Below, piece after piece: positions 9,331 through 18,877 of a stretch of DNA of 64,000 nucleotides. The notes beneath the pieces were generated by a model. The model had not been told where the DNA came from. It did not search any database and worked only from the letters and a program-made list of their open reading frames with translations. The translations under genes were made by a program, and so were the position numbers. Positions within the stretch are counted from its first letter, which is position 1, and each line of letters opens with the position of its first letter. Origin of the DNA: Armatimonadota bacterium (GTDB lineage Bacteria; Armatimonadota; Fimbriimonadia; Fimbriimonadales; Fimbriimonadaceae); assembly GCA_031400935.1 (NCBI GenBank), contig JANNQV010000062.1, positions 1 through 64,000 on the forward strand. The letters run 5' to 3'.

Positions 9331-11847
9331 ATGAGTGGTCTCAACAAAAATGCAACAGCATATTTGATCACAGTTTGCCTGCTTGGCTTGTTGTCAGCGG
9401 GAATCTCCATGCGCCTCGAATTTCCTCGCGGAAATTATCATTGGTACGGACTCGTCGTCTTCGCAGTCTTGGCCATGCTGAGTGCTGGAAGAAAAGTAGT
9501 CGTCTTTCGAAGAGCAGACGACGATGACACTGGTTCCATGTCGTTGGGCTTTGCCGTCACTTTTACGGCAATGATGTTCCTCGGAGCACGAGAAGCCATG
9601 GTAATTGCGGCTATAGAAAGCCTCACGGGCTGCTTTTGGCCGAAAAGACAGAGACCGCCTCAGATGGCATTCAATGTCAGTTTGAGCCTAGTTGAGACTT
9701 TTCTAGGAAGCTTAGTTTACTTTGGCATGATGAATTGGAAGATCCAGTTCGGAACTTTTGAAATGTTCGCAGCTGTGTTCGCTTCCTCGCTGACCTTTTA
9801 CTTTGTGAACACATTTGGAGTGGCGATCATCATCGCTCTAGTGAGTGCTCAACCCATAAAACAGCTCTGGAAAGACAATTTCCTATGGACAGCTCCAAGT
9901 TTCTTTGCAGGAGCCTGTGTTTCGTCGCTAACTTTGCATATTGTGAAATCCCAAGCTGTTTTTGTCGTGCTTTTCCTGGCACCTGTTCTGTACTTTGTTC
10001 ATCAATCGTATACAACATATATCAACCGCTCAATGGAACGGCAAAAACACATCGAGGAATTACAGGGAAAGCAAGCGCAACTTGCAGAATTGTATCTCGC
10101 TACAATCAAATCGTTGGCTCTTGCTATTGATGCTAAGGATCAGTACACACACCAGCACATTTTGCGCGTTCAAACCTATTCCGTGGCAATTGCGATCGAA
10201 ATGGGACTTACGGGGGACGAATTGGAAGCGGTCAATACGGGCGCACTTTTGCATGATATTGGCAAGCTGGGAGTTCCAGAGTATGTGCTGCTGAAGCCAG
10301 GCCGACTGACCGAAGAAGAATTTGCAAAGATAAAGGCGCACCCAGAAATTGGCGCGGCTATTTTAGAGCCTGTTGAGTTTCCTTGGCCTGTTCTTCCAGT
10401 TGTGCGGCATCACCATGAAAAGTGGGACGGTACAGGATATCCAGACGGATTGGCGGGAGAGGATATTCCGCTAACTGCCAGGATCATGGCTGCTGCGGAT
10501 GTCTACGATGCGTTAACTTCAAGTAGGTCGTACCGTGGAGCGTGGACTCACGAACGCGCAGTCGAAGTCATCAACAATGACTCTGGCACTCACTTTGATC
10601 CGAAAGTTGTCGTCGCATTCAACAACGTGATTCACAAGTTGGTTGAAAACTTGGCTAAAGAGGGACAGGGTCCATTGGTGCAAAAACAGTTGGCTACGCC
10701 TGACCCAAAGACGGAAGCTGCGAATCGAGCCGCCCGCGATATCTCGAGATCGTCGTCAGAGCTTTGGGCGCTCTATGAGGTTGCCCAGACCTTATCTTCA
10801 AGCCTTGGGTTAGAAGAAACTGTTGCGATTTTGGGGCGAAAGTTAGGTGCAATCTTTCCTGGCGCTAGTTGCGTTTTCTTTTTGGCATCCGAGGACGAGT
10901 TTGGATTCAAGGCGGGCTCGGCGTTCGGAACCAACTCGGAATACTTTCTTGGAAGCACGGTAAATGGAAAAAATTCACTCACGCTAAGGACAATAAATGC
11001 TGGTATGACCTATGTTGGGGCATACGAAAGCGATGATCTTATGCTAGTCAGTTCAGATTCTACGCTTTGGACTCCAATCGAAAGTGCGCTTATCGTGCCA
11101 ATTGTCCACCAAACTGAAGTCTTGGGATCAATCAATTTGTACCATCCCGACGCTGATGCTTTTGATCAAGACGATAGAAATCTCTTGCAGATGATTGGTG
11201 AACGTGCTGCCATGGCGATGTACAACGGAATGCTTTTTGACCGAACTCGCGGCCATGCCTTTTCGGATTCGCTTACAGGTCTCTTTAACTTGAGGTACAT
11301 CACTCAATTGATCGAAGAAAAAGTGAGGATCGGCCACCGATTGCTTAGCGAAGACGAGACTTTTGTTCCTACTGAAAAATTTGCACTGCTTTGCCTTGAC
11401 CTCGACAGCTTCAAGCCAATCAACGACAATTTTGGGCATCAAAAGGGAGATCAGGTACTCAAGGACCTCGCCGGAATCATCAAGAGTGCTGTGCGAGATT
11501 CCGATATTGTCGCGCGATATGGTGGCGACGAATTTCTGGTTTATCTTCAAAATGCAGGGCAAGAATCTGCGCTTGCAGTAGTCGAGAAAATTCAAACTGC
11601 GGTGGATGAGTACGATCCCGAGTTGATACACTATCGGCTAGGCAACCTGAAGGTCGGTGTTAGCATCGGTTTTGGCTGCTATCCGACTGACGCCGATTCG
11701 TTTGCTGGACTGTTGAGCGTCGCCGACCAGCGTATGTATGGCAAGAAAAACGAGCGAAAGCTGCTTGGGCTCGCTGAAAGGAAAGTTGAACCTGCTTCGA
11801 ACGATTTTCCAACGGAAGGCGGGGATTCTAGTCGAGCGGTTTCGTAG
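9331..11847 (+). CDS. Membrane c-di-GMP signalling protein (TM sensor, HD-GYP, GAF, GGDEF)
   Basis: Multiple N-terminal TM helices; HDIGK and HHEKWDGTGYP; GAF-like segment; RDSD I-site and RYGGDEF. Confidence 0.93.
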   Translation: MSGLNKNATAYLITVCLLGLLSAGISMRLEFPRGNYHWYGLVVFAVLAMLSAGRKVVVFRRADDDDTGSMSLGFAVTFTAMMFLGAREAMVIAAIESLTGCFWPKRQRPPQMAFNVSLSLVETFLGSLVYFGMMNWKIQFGTFEMFAAVFASSLTFYFVNTFGVAIIIALVSAQPIKQLWKDNFLWTAPSFFAGACVSSLTLHIVKSQAVFVVLFLAPVLYFVHQSYTTYINRSMERQKHIEELQGKQAQLAELYLATIKSLALAIDAKDQYTHQHILRVQTYSVAIAIEMGLTGDELEAVNTGALLHDIGKLGVPEYVLLKPGRLTEEEFAKIKAHPEIGAAILEPVEFPWPVLPVVRHHHEKWDGTGYPDGLAGEDIPLTARIMAAADVYDALTSSRSYRGAWTHERAVEVINNDSGTHFDPKVVVAFNNVIHKLVENLAKEGQGPLVQKQLATPDPKTEAANRAARDISRSSSELWALYEVAQTLSSSLGLEETVAILGRKLGAIFPGASCVFFLASEDEFGFKAGSAFGTNSEYFLGSTVNGKNSLTLRTINAGMTYVGAYESDDLMLVSSDSTLWTPIESALIVPIVHQTEVLGSINLYHPDADAFDQDDRNLLQMIGERAAMAMYNGMLFDRTRGHAFSDSLTGLFNLRYITQLIEEKVRIGHRLLSEDETFVPTEKFALLCLDLDSFKPINDNFGHQKGDQVLKDLAGIIKSAVRDSDIVARYGGDEFLVYLQNAGQESALAVVEKIQTAVDEYDPELIHYRLGNLKVGVSIGFGCYPTDADSFAGLLSVADQRMYGKKNERKLLGLAERKVEPASNDFPTEGGDSSRAVS

Positions 11848-11856
11848 TTGCAGCAT

Positions 11857-11897
11857 AGCCCCCTCCTTATCTGAGGAACGAAGATGAGGGAGGGGCT
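11857..11897. repeat. REP-like hairpin with GAGGAACGA loop between convergent genes (possible terminator)
   Basis: AGCCCCCTCCTTATCT-GAGGAACGA-AGATGAGGGAGGGGCT; same family as 27937-27973. Confidence 0.75.
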
Positions 11898-11907
11898 CAG
11901 ACTCCGC

Positions 11908-13083
11908 TCAAGCATCCAATAGCGCAGCAATTCCAGGCAAGACCTTGCCTTCCAAAAACTCCAAACTTGCGCCGCCGCCAGTCGAAACATGGCTCATTTC
12001 ATCAGCTACGCCAAATTCTTCAACTGCAGCAGCGGAATCTCCGCCGCCGACAATGGTAACCGCATTTGAATCTGCCATGGCATCAGCCACAGCACGGGTT
12101 CCAGAAGCGAATGGAGCCATCTCAAAAACTCCCATTGGCCCGTTCCAAACTACGGTTCCTGCTCGTTCAATGATCGCCCGAAAGGCATTTTGCGACTCAG
12201 GGCCGATATCGAACCCTGCGAATCCATCGGGAATTGCGTCAGAAGAACAAACGGAAGTCGTTGCCGTTTCTGAGAGCTCGGAAGCAATGACAGAGTCTGT
12301 GGGGAGTACGATTTTGCCATCAGCTGCTTCAAAAATTCGTTTTGCAAACTCAAGATTTGATGCATCTAGAAGGGAATTTCCGATCGTGCCTCCTGCTGCT
12401 TTGAGGAACGTGAACATCATTCCTCCTCCAATCAGCATTCGGTCAACTTTAGGAAGCAGCGCCTCTATCACTTCAATCTTGTCTTTGACCTTTGCGCCGC
12501 CTAGAATCGCAACAAACGGACGTTTTGGGTTATCAAGGGCTTGGCCCAAGAATCTGAGTTCTTTCTCAATTAGGAAACCGGCATAGGCAGGCAGGAGGTG
12601 AGCCACGCCTTCCGTACTGGCATGTGCTCGATGCGCTGTTCCGAATGCGTCGTTTACGTACATATCGGCAAGGGAAGCAAGTTCTTTCGCAAATTCTGGA
12701 TCGTTGGCTTCTTCCTCTGGGTGAAATCGAACGTTTTCGAGCAGTATCCCCTGTCCTTGATTTAGCTCTGAGCACAAGTCTGAAACTTCGCCGCCGATAC
12801 AATCTGGGGCTAAAGCAACGGGTTGCCCAAGCAGCCTTTCAAGGCGATCAGCGACTGGGCGCAACGAGAATTCAGGCGAGATTCCCTTCGGCCTACCCAA
12901 GTGGCTGCAAAGTATGACTTTGGCACGTCCAGCCAGCAGAAAACGAATTGTAGGCAGAGCTTCCGTAATTCTTCGGTCGTCGGTAATCACGCTTCCGTCG
13001 AGCGGCACATTAAAGTCGCAGCGAACCAGAACGCGCTTGCCGGAAAAATCGCCGTCACGCACCGTTTTTTTGCCAAAAGCCAT
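11908..13083 (-). CDS. pgk: Phosphoglycerate kinase
   Basis: [25 protein letters not shown] and [13 protein letters not shown] motifs. Confidence 0.98.
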   Translation of the reverse strand: MAFGKKTVRDGDFSGKRVLVRCDFNVPLDGSVITDDRRITEALPTIRFLLAGRAKVILCSHLGRPKGISPEFSLRPVADRLERLLGQPVALAPDCIGGEVSDLCSELNQGQGILLENVRFHPEEEANDPEFAKELASLADMYVNDAFGTAHRAHASTEGVAHLLPAYAGFLIEKELRFLGQALDNPKRPFVAILGGAKVKDKIEVIEALLPKVDRMLIGGGMMFTFLKAAGGTIGNSLLDASNLEFAKRIFEAADGKIVLPTDSVIASELSETATTSVCSSDAIPDGFAGFDIGPESQNAFRAIIERAGTVVWNGPMGVFEMAPFASGTRAVADAMADSNAVTIVGGGDSAAAVEEFGVADEMSHVSTGGGASLEFLEGKVLPGIAALLDA

Positions 13084-13159
13084 GAAGGGAGTTTACCGAG
13101 GCACTCGAAGAAAGTACGTGCTGCATTAAAGCTTCGAGCTTGTTTTGAAGAAATTCAAC

Positions 13160-13193
13160 AAAAAAACCTGGCTGGCTAAATGCTAACCAGGTT
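13160..13193 (-). terminator. Putative intrinsic terminator of the prepilin-lipoprotein pair
   Basis: AACCTGG...CCAGGTT stem with an A7 tract on + (U tract on -). Confidence 0.6.
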
Positions 13194-13216
13194 CATAAGT
13201 GACCGAAAGAAATCAG

Positions 13217-13405
13217 CTACCGAGTTCCTTCGCCACCTCCAGTATTTTGTCGGCCCCGTTCTTCAGGGCTTAACATTCCAGGTTCTGCCTGCTTGATTTC
13301 AGGTACTGAACCCTTTGGTGCAGCTTCCTCAGCTGTTCCAGACGAGCAACCGTAAAGGAATCCCAGAAATGTTGATAGAAGCATGATTTGAACAAGTTTC
13401 TTCAT
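13217..13405 (-). CDS. Small lipoprotein
   Basis: MKKLVQIMLLSTFLGFLYG-C lipobox; lies directly downstream of the prepilin gene. Confidence 0.75.
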   Translation of the reverse strand: MKKLVQIMLLSTFLGFLYGCSSGTAEEAAPKGSVPEIKQAEPGMLSPEERGRQNTGGGEGTR

Positions 13406-13416
13406 GCACTTATCCA

Positions 13417-14355
13417 CTAATTTGCCTGCAACGCTGTTCCCCAATTTTGATAGTCAAAATCGGGTCGGAACAAGTAAGAATGGCAATAATTTGCTTCCCA
13501 ATATCGAGAAGGATTAGGTGATCCCAGAACTTGTTGTCCGTTATACAAAGCGAATGGATCGGTTCTTGGATCTCTTGGACCAGTCATGTAAACGCCATTT
13601 GGTCGCGAACTTGCGTGACCATCCGCGTAAGCGTAGACAAGAGTCCGATTGTGGAGGTCCCAGCCCTTGTTCGTAGAGCTACGAGTATAAAAACTGTAAC
13701 CACCGTTGGCCAAAGCCGAACACCCAGGATTGGCAGGAACATATCTACATCCGGCGGACTCTAAGCCACCACATATTAACTGTGGCGACGCATAGTGAGT
13801 CCCTTGAAGTGCCCTTTTTCCTTGTCCCGGCCACCAGACAACTGTTGCCGCTGAATTCTCAATCAAGGTCGTCATATACGCTTGCAATAGTCCGTTGTAT
13901 GTATATGAAATTCCAGGGGTTGTACTCAAAATATCCGTAGTTACAATTCCGGCTGCCGTAAATGCCCCTGCAGGAAACGGATTCTGGGGCAAACCTACCG
14001 GATCAGTCAAAATGTTGATGTTCTTCGTGTAGGGTTGCATTGCGTTGCCCATGTGGCTCAATATTCCATCAGCGACAGCTGGAGGAGTTGTCGCTTTTAA
14101 GAGCGATTTGTCAGGTATGAATCTGTCCCACGACCAACCTAATGTCGCAATGTATGGTGTACCAAATCCGAATGAGTCATCGTAGTCGGTTGTGTACATC
14201 AAGCTTCCCGTAATCTGGTTCTTGACATTTGAGATTGCTTGAGTCTTCTTTGCAGCAGCTTTTGCTCTTGCAAAGACAGGGAATAGTATGGCGGCAAGGA
14301 TCGCGATAATTGCGATAACCACCAAAAGTTCGATGAGCGTAAAAGCTCGTTTCAT
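13417..14355 (-). CDS. Prepilin-type N-terminal cleavage/methylation protein with H-X9-DG motif
   Basis: AFTLIELLVVIAIIAILAAILFPVF at the N-terminus; HNRTLVYAYADGHA near the C-terminus; GGAGG RBS. Confidence 0.92.
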   Translation of the reverse strand: MKRAFTLIELLVVIAIIAILAAILFPVFARAKAAAKKTQAISNVKNQITGSLMYTTDYDDSFGFGTPYIATLGWSWDRFIPDKSLLKATTPPAVADGILSHMGNAMQPYTKNINILTDPVGLPQNPFPAGAFTAAGIVTTDILSTTPGISYTYNGLLQAYMTTLIENSAATVVWWPGQGKRALQGTHYASPQLICGGLESAGCRYVPANPGCSALANGGYSFYTRSSTNKGWDLHNRTLVYAYADGHASSRPNGVYMTGPRDPRTDPFALYNGQQVLGSPNPSRYWEANYCHSYLFRPDFDYQNWGTALQAN

Positions 14356-14519
14356 GATTTCCTCCGAGCGCGGCTGACCAATGTCCGCCGCTAACTAAGT
14401 TCTTTATAATTAAAGTAAGGTGGTCGCTAGAGCGACTCAAATACATGATACGGCAAAAATGCTGAAAAAGGGGCATTTTTTTGAAGTTTTTTTCTTTTGT
14501 TCGGTTTTGTTCTGTTCAT

Positions 14520-14608
14520 ATGGGACTTATAGGACTTATAGTACGGATAGGGAGGATGTTGGGTTGGAGTTCATAGTCCCTTAAGTCCCATTTGTCTCTT
14601 CTGTCCCA
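14520..14608. repeat. Inverted pair of 9-mer tandem arrays (ATAGGACTT-like)
   Basis: ATGGGACTT ATAGGACTT ATAGTACGG followed by ATAGTCCCT TAAGTCCCA TTTGTCTCT TCTGTCCCA. Confidence 0.8.
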
Positions 14609-14630
14609 GAAAAACCCTTCACAATAGGAA

Positions 14631-15182
14631 ATGTCATACGGTTGGACTGGAACAAAAATACGGCTTGTGCCCATTGATATGGAAAAGCATTTGCCGAACT
14701 GCATTGCCTGGATGAACGATCCGGAGGTCACCCAATGTTTGCTCATGGGAGATTTCCCGATGACCCAAATGGCAGAGCGGGATTGGTTCGAAAGGATGTC
14801 GAAGGACAATTCCACGGACATCGTTTTCGCTATCGAAACGCTGGAAGGCGAGCACATTGGGCAATCAGGGATTCATGGCATCAACTACCGTCACGGTTAT
14901 GCAACAACCGGCACAATACTGGGCCGAAGCGATCTTTGGGGACAAGGATTTGGAACCGATGCCGCAATGGTCCGCGCTCGGTATTGCTTTGACGTTCTCG
15001 GCCTTCGCGTCCTCTATTCCAGCATTTTGGAAGACAATCCACGGTCTCTCGCAATGCAGAAAAAGGTGGGATATGAAGTCTATGGCACATGCCCAAAGAA
15101 ATATTGGAAGCGAGGGAAGTTTCGGAATGAGATTCTGACTGTCCTAACCAAAGAAAGGTTTTTGGAACTATCAAATTCCTAA
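14631..15182 (+). CDS. GNAT N-acetyltransferase (RimJ/RimL type)
   Basis: GEHIG, WGQGFGT and NPRSLAMQKKVGY motifs. Confidence 0.9.
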   Translation: MSYGWTGTKIRLVPIDMEKHLPNCIAWMNDPEVTQCLLMGDFPMTQMAERDWFERMSKDNSTDIVFAIETLEGEHIGQSGIHGINYRHGYATTGTILGRSDLWGQGFGTDAAMVRARYCFDVLGLRVLYSSILEDNPRSLAMQKKVGYEVYGTCPKKYWKRGKFRNEILTVLTKERFLELSNS

Positions 15183-15236
15183 GTGCTTTGGGATTCGATT
15201 GTCCAAATGTTTGGCCGAAAATGAAGTATCACAACA

Positions 15237-15521
15237 ATCCTGAAGGGATTTCTGATGTCAGCTCAACATAGATTCGTCCTAGCGAATCTATGTTGGGTCA
15301 AATGGCAACAAACCAAACAACCCTGAAAGGGTTGCGTAATATGGTGAGCCAAATGAATTGAAAATAGCCTGTGAATTGCAAGCCATTTCGTTTGCCAACA
15401 ATGGGTGCGACTTGGCAATGGACGCAACTCTTTCAGGGTTGCTTTACGTCCTACGCTCGACCCCATGTTGATCCGGTAGACCGGATCAACATGGGGCTGA
15501 CAAACTGAATCCCTTCGGGAT
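15237..15521. repeat. About 285-bp nested palindromic REP/MITE-like element
   Basis: Terminal inverted repeats ATCCTGAAGGGATT / AATCCCTTCGGGAT (13/14); inner IR CAACCCTGAAAGGGTTGCGT / ACGCAACTCTTTCAGGGTTG; one long hairpin in each arm. Confidence 0.85.
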
Positions 15522-15614
15522 ATTTGTTTTATGAGGTGTGAAAAATGGGGGTCAAATTGGGGTTGGAATTCGCGGTCCCCTCTGGGATTGTCTCTCAACA
15601 GCCCAGAAACAAAA

Positions 15615-17093
15615 TCAAAGCGAATTGATATTGCCACTATTTGCCGATTCCAATGCTGCCAATGCCGCACGCGCTTTTTTACGGCATTCTTGCTCTTCAT
15701 TTGCAGGAATTGAGTCCCAAACAATTCCCGCTCCCGCCTGAACATGCGCCATTCCCCCTGTCATCACTATAGTTCGAATCGAAATTGCCAAGTCCAGGTC
15801 GCCAGTTTGGCTTATGTAACCGACTGTCCCGGCGTACGGCCCACGTTGGCTTGGCTCAAGTTCATCAATGACCTGCATCGCGCGAACTTTTGGTGCTCCG
15901 CTCACTGTTCCTGCTGGGAAAGTGGAACGAATGAGTGTGAAAGCATCTTGCTCATCTGCCAGTTTGCCGGTAACGTCGCTGACAATATGCATGACGTGGC
16001 TGTACCTTTCTACCACCATGAATTCGTTAACCGTTATCGAGCCGTATTGGCAAACTCTACCGAGGTCGTTTCGGCCTAGATCAACGAGCATCAAATGCTC
16101 GGCACGCTCTTTCTCGTCCGCGAGAAGTTCCGTTGCGAGCCGGTCATCTTCCTCCACGTTTGCACCTCTTGACCGAGTTCCAGCAATGGGTCGAACTCGC
16201 GCAGTTTGCTCAAAAAGGCTGACTAGAAGTTCCGGCGAAGCCCCGACCATATCGAAATCTTCGAGCCGAAGAAGGAACATATAGGGTGAAGGATTTAGTG
16301 TGCGAAGCGCACGATACACAGTAAGCGGATGAGCATCGGCTTTGCGGCTGAATCGTTGCGAAAGCACCATTTGAATTCCTTCGCCTTGCCCAATCAGGTC
16401 AATGATTTTTGAAACTGATTCTTCAAACTTCTCCGGTTCCCAATTGGATTCCGGTTCTGAAGATTCACCCTTGCTCGCAGGTAATTCGGGGATCGGACGC
16501 TTGAGACGAGAGGACACTCGTTCGATCTCGGCGGTCGCTGCCTCATACCCTTCGGCAGTGCCTTGGGCAAGCACAATTATTCGCAGAATGTTTTTTGCAT
16601 GATCAAAGACAACCACCGACTCTGGAATCATCATCACCAGATCATCAAGCGCGAGTACATCTTCTGGAGGGCTGGGTAGATTTTCAAAAAAGCGCACGAG
16701 GTCATAGCCCATCATGCCAACTGCGCCTCCAACAAACTTCGGCATTCCTTCTAAATGCTTGCTCGTAAGCGGGCCGATTTCTTCGCTCAAGACATCAAGA
16801 GGATCTTTGCCTTCTGGAATCTCGAATTTCTGAAGCCCAGTGCGAGTTAGTCTTCTGGCTTTGCGTCCTTTCGTTCGCAAAACAACTTTGGGTCTAGAAC
16901 CGAGAATCGAGTATCTGGCAAGCTGCTCGCCGCCAGTCACCGATTCTAGCAAAAAGCTGTAAGTTTCATCGTGGGAAAGCTTCCAATAGGCGCTGAGCGG
17001 CGTTTCCATATCCGCCAAAATGTCACGATAAACAGGCGACAAGACATTGTCTTGCGCTGAACTGAGAAAATCTTCACGCGATGGAAGCTGCAT
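15615..17093 (-). CDS. trpE: Anthranilate synthase component I
   Basis: FLLESV, LNPSPYM, RPIAGTR, KERAEHLMLVDLGRND and FPAGTVSGAPK motifs. Confidence 0.96.
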   Translation of the reverse strand: MQLPSREDFLSSAQDNVLSPVYRDILADMETPLSAYWKLSHDETYSFLLESVTGGEQLARYSILGSRPKVVLRTKGRKARRLTRTGLQKFEIPEGKDPLDVLSEEIGPLTSKHLEGMPKFVGGAVGMMGYDLVRFFENLPSPPEDVLALDDLVMMIPESVVVFDHAKNILRIIVLAQGTAEGYEAATAEIERVSSRLKRPIPELPASKGESSEPESNWEPEKFEESVSKIIDLIGQGEGIQMVLSQRFSRKADAHPLTVYRALRTLNPSPYMFLLRLEDFDMVGASPELLVSLFEQTARVRPIAGTRSRGANVEEDDRLATELLADEKERAEHLMLVDLGRNDLGRVCQYGSITVNEFMVVERYSHVMHIVSDVTGKLADEQDAFTLIRSTFPAGTVSGAPKVRAMQVIDELEPSQRGPYAGTVGYISQTGDLDLAISIRTIVMTGGMAHVQAGAGIVWDSIPANEEQECRKKARAALAALESANSGNINSL

Positions 17094-17197
17094 CGGCTGG
17101 AAAGTTTAGCATTTTGGGAACCACGACTGGAAAATCAGCTGTCGCCGACATTGGAAAATTGACTTTGCGTTTTGAAGATCGCTTCCTATTGACAAGC

Positions 17198-18061
17198 TTA
17201 CGCGGCGTCAATCAACAACGATTCTCTCGCCCTGCAAACCTCTTGGTTCAATACGCTTCGAACAACTACGAGCTGCTCTTCGGGGAAACTCATACGGGCA
17301 ACTACGGTTTTGTCGAATTCGGGAACATACCCTTCAGGAAGTGGAATCGTTGAATAGCCGCATTGATGCGCAATCGTATTGGCTGCTGAAACGTAGATCG
17401 TTGTATCGTGGTCTAGTAGGTCTTGCTCAACACTATGGTGATATCGAATCGCGTTGTGAATCTCTTCCGGCAAGTTCCATTTTTCAGCAAGTATGCTACC
17501 AACGTCGGAGTGGTCGTATCCCAGAATTTCTCGTTCAGCTTTGTGAAGTTCGATGTCCTTTGTGCTTGCCAATTCAATAGCTGAGGCGAGTTCAACTGGC
17601 AAAAAGCGCTCCATTACAACGAGTCCAATGTCGTGCATCATTGCTGCCGAATACAAATCTTCAGCCTTCGCTGGATTCAATAACTTGCCAAGAATTCGGG
17701 CTGCTGTTGCAGCTGCAAACGAGTGCTGCCAAAACGCAACTTTATCAAATCCCTTAACTTTGCTCGTTCCACCACAAATGCTCTGAAAGGAGAGAGCCAG
17801 AATTACTGACTTAAGTGGGTTCAGGCCTAAAACGGTCACGGCTCGATCAATGGAATGAACCCGATATCCGCCGTAATAAGTGCTATTTGCGGCTCGGAGA
17901 AGTTTAGCGGTAAGGCCGCTGTCCTTTTCCATTATCGCTTCAATATCTTTTGCATTGGTGTTTTCGTCGTTCACCAATTTCAAAACAGCGATCACCACAT
18001 TAGACAATGCAGGCAAATTCTCACTGCGCGAAAGTTTGAGGGCGATTCGATCCAAATCCAC
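17198..18061 (-). CDS. HDOD domain protein
   Basis: LPALS, DSGLTAKLLRAANS, FWQHS, MHDIG and WNLP...IRYHH motifs. Confidence 0.9.
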   Translation of the reverse strand: MDLDRIALKLSRSENLPALSNVVIAVLKLVNDENTNAKDIEAIMEKDSGLTAKLLRAANSTYYGGYRVHSIDRAVTVLGLNPLKSVILALSFQSICGGTSKVKGFDKVAFWQHSFAAATAARILGKLLNPAKAEDLYSAAMMHDIGLVVMERFLPVELASAIELASTKDIELHKAEREILGYDHSDVGSILAEKWNLPEEIHNAIRYHHSVEQDLLDHDTTIYVSAANTIAHQCGYSTIPLPEGYVPEFDKTVVARMSFPEEQLVVVRSVLNQEVCRARESLLIDAA

Positions 18062-18154
18062 ATATCAATTATTGCCTTAACATGAACGTTTCTCTAGCCT
18101 AGAGTTCAGTTCATTGAGAAAAGCGAGTAATGGGAATTTTGAGTCCAACAACCC

Positions 18155-18661
18155 TCACCACACCCAGGGAATCAGCCGCTTCGTACCGTTCACATACTCC
18201 TGGTACTCGGGATACGCTTCCTTTAAGTAGCCTTCTTCCGCCCGAATTTTGGTTAGGAGCACGGTGAGAAGGAACGCAAAAAGAATCCATGAAAGCGATC
18301 GGGAGGAAAGGCAAACCGCGCCAGCTGCTGTGAGCAGTCCGAGGTACATCGGGTTACGAACGAATCCATAAATCCCGGAAACTTTGAGACCTTTTCCATT
18401 TGGGCTGGCAAGAACTCGAAACGAATTTCCTAAACCGACACGGCTTGCAACCAGAACGCAAAGCGCGATTCCAAGTCCAATGAGCGAAGGCAGTTTCAAC
18501 AGCCAAGCATCAACTGCTACCATGACAAAAGCGCCGAGCAAACCGATTTGAGCGATGAGAACCACCCAGTCGTTGAGAACTGAATCGGCAATGGGTTCAA
18601 CCGGCGCATCCATGGGCGCGGGTGGCGGAGGCTTACTTGAAGGGCTTCTGAAGTGGCTCAT
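18155..18661 (-). CDS. Isoprenylcysteine carboxylmethyltransferase/PEMT family membrane protein (start uncertain, possibly 18613)
   Basis: GIYGFVRNPMYLG and EEGYL...Y...TKRLIP motifs. Confidence 0.85.
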   Translation of the reverse strand: MSHFRSPSSKPPPPAPMDAPVEPIADSVLNDWVVLIAQIGLLGAFVMVAVDAWLLKLPSLIGLGIALCVLVASRVGLGNSFRVLASPNGKGLKVSGIYGFVRNPMYLGLLTAAGAVCLSSRSLSWILFAFLLTVLLTKIRAEEGYLKEAYPEYQEYVNGTKRLIPWVW

Positions 18662-18665
18662 TTTT

Positions 18666-18730
18666 GGGGTACGGGGTATGTGGGGTATGGGGTTTGTCGG
18701 TTGTTGGTTGTTGGTTGTTGGTTGTTGGCT
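18666..18730. repeat. Heptamer tandem arrays (GGGGTAT-type, then (TTGTTGG)4)
   Basis: GGGGTAC GGGGTAT gt GGGGTAT GGGGTTT followed by TTGTTGG x4. Confidence 0.85.
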
Positions 18731-18826
18731 GTCGCCTTGCGTTGCTGTGTGGCATTAATGTTAGCAGGAATTAGTGCCTCTGATAGTAACAGATGCTACT
18801 ACGGCGACCAAGCGACAAAATGAAGA

Positions 18827-18855
18827 AGCCGCGGCGTCTGTACTGTGCCGCGGCT
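18827..18855 (-). terminator. Hairpin downstream of 18878-20512 (putative terminator)
   Basis: AGCCGCGGC...GCCGCGGCT stem. Confidence 0.55.
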
Positions 18856-18877
18856 GTCTTTCCAGAGTCAATGCGGT

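Noticed and set aside
11945..12586. Long antisense ORFs (e.g. opposite pgk, clpC, gcvPA, dnaK)
   Set aside because: Shadow frames of well-conserved genes, with no independent start signals or motifs.
14520..14608. Short repeat arrays as a possible CRISPR
   Set aside because: Units are 7-9 nt and tandem with no unique spacers; no cas genes in the window.
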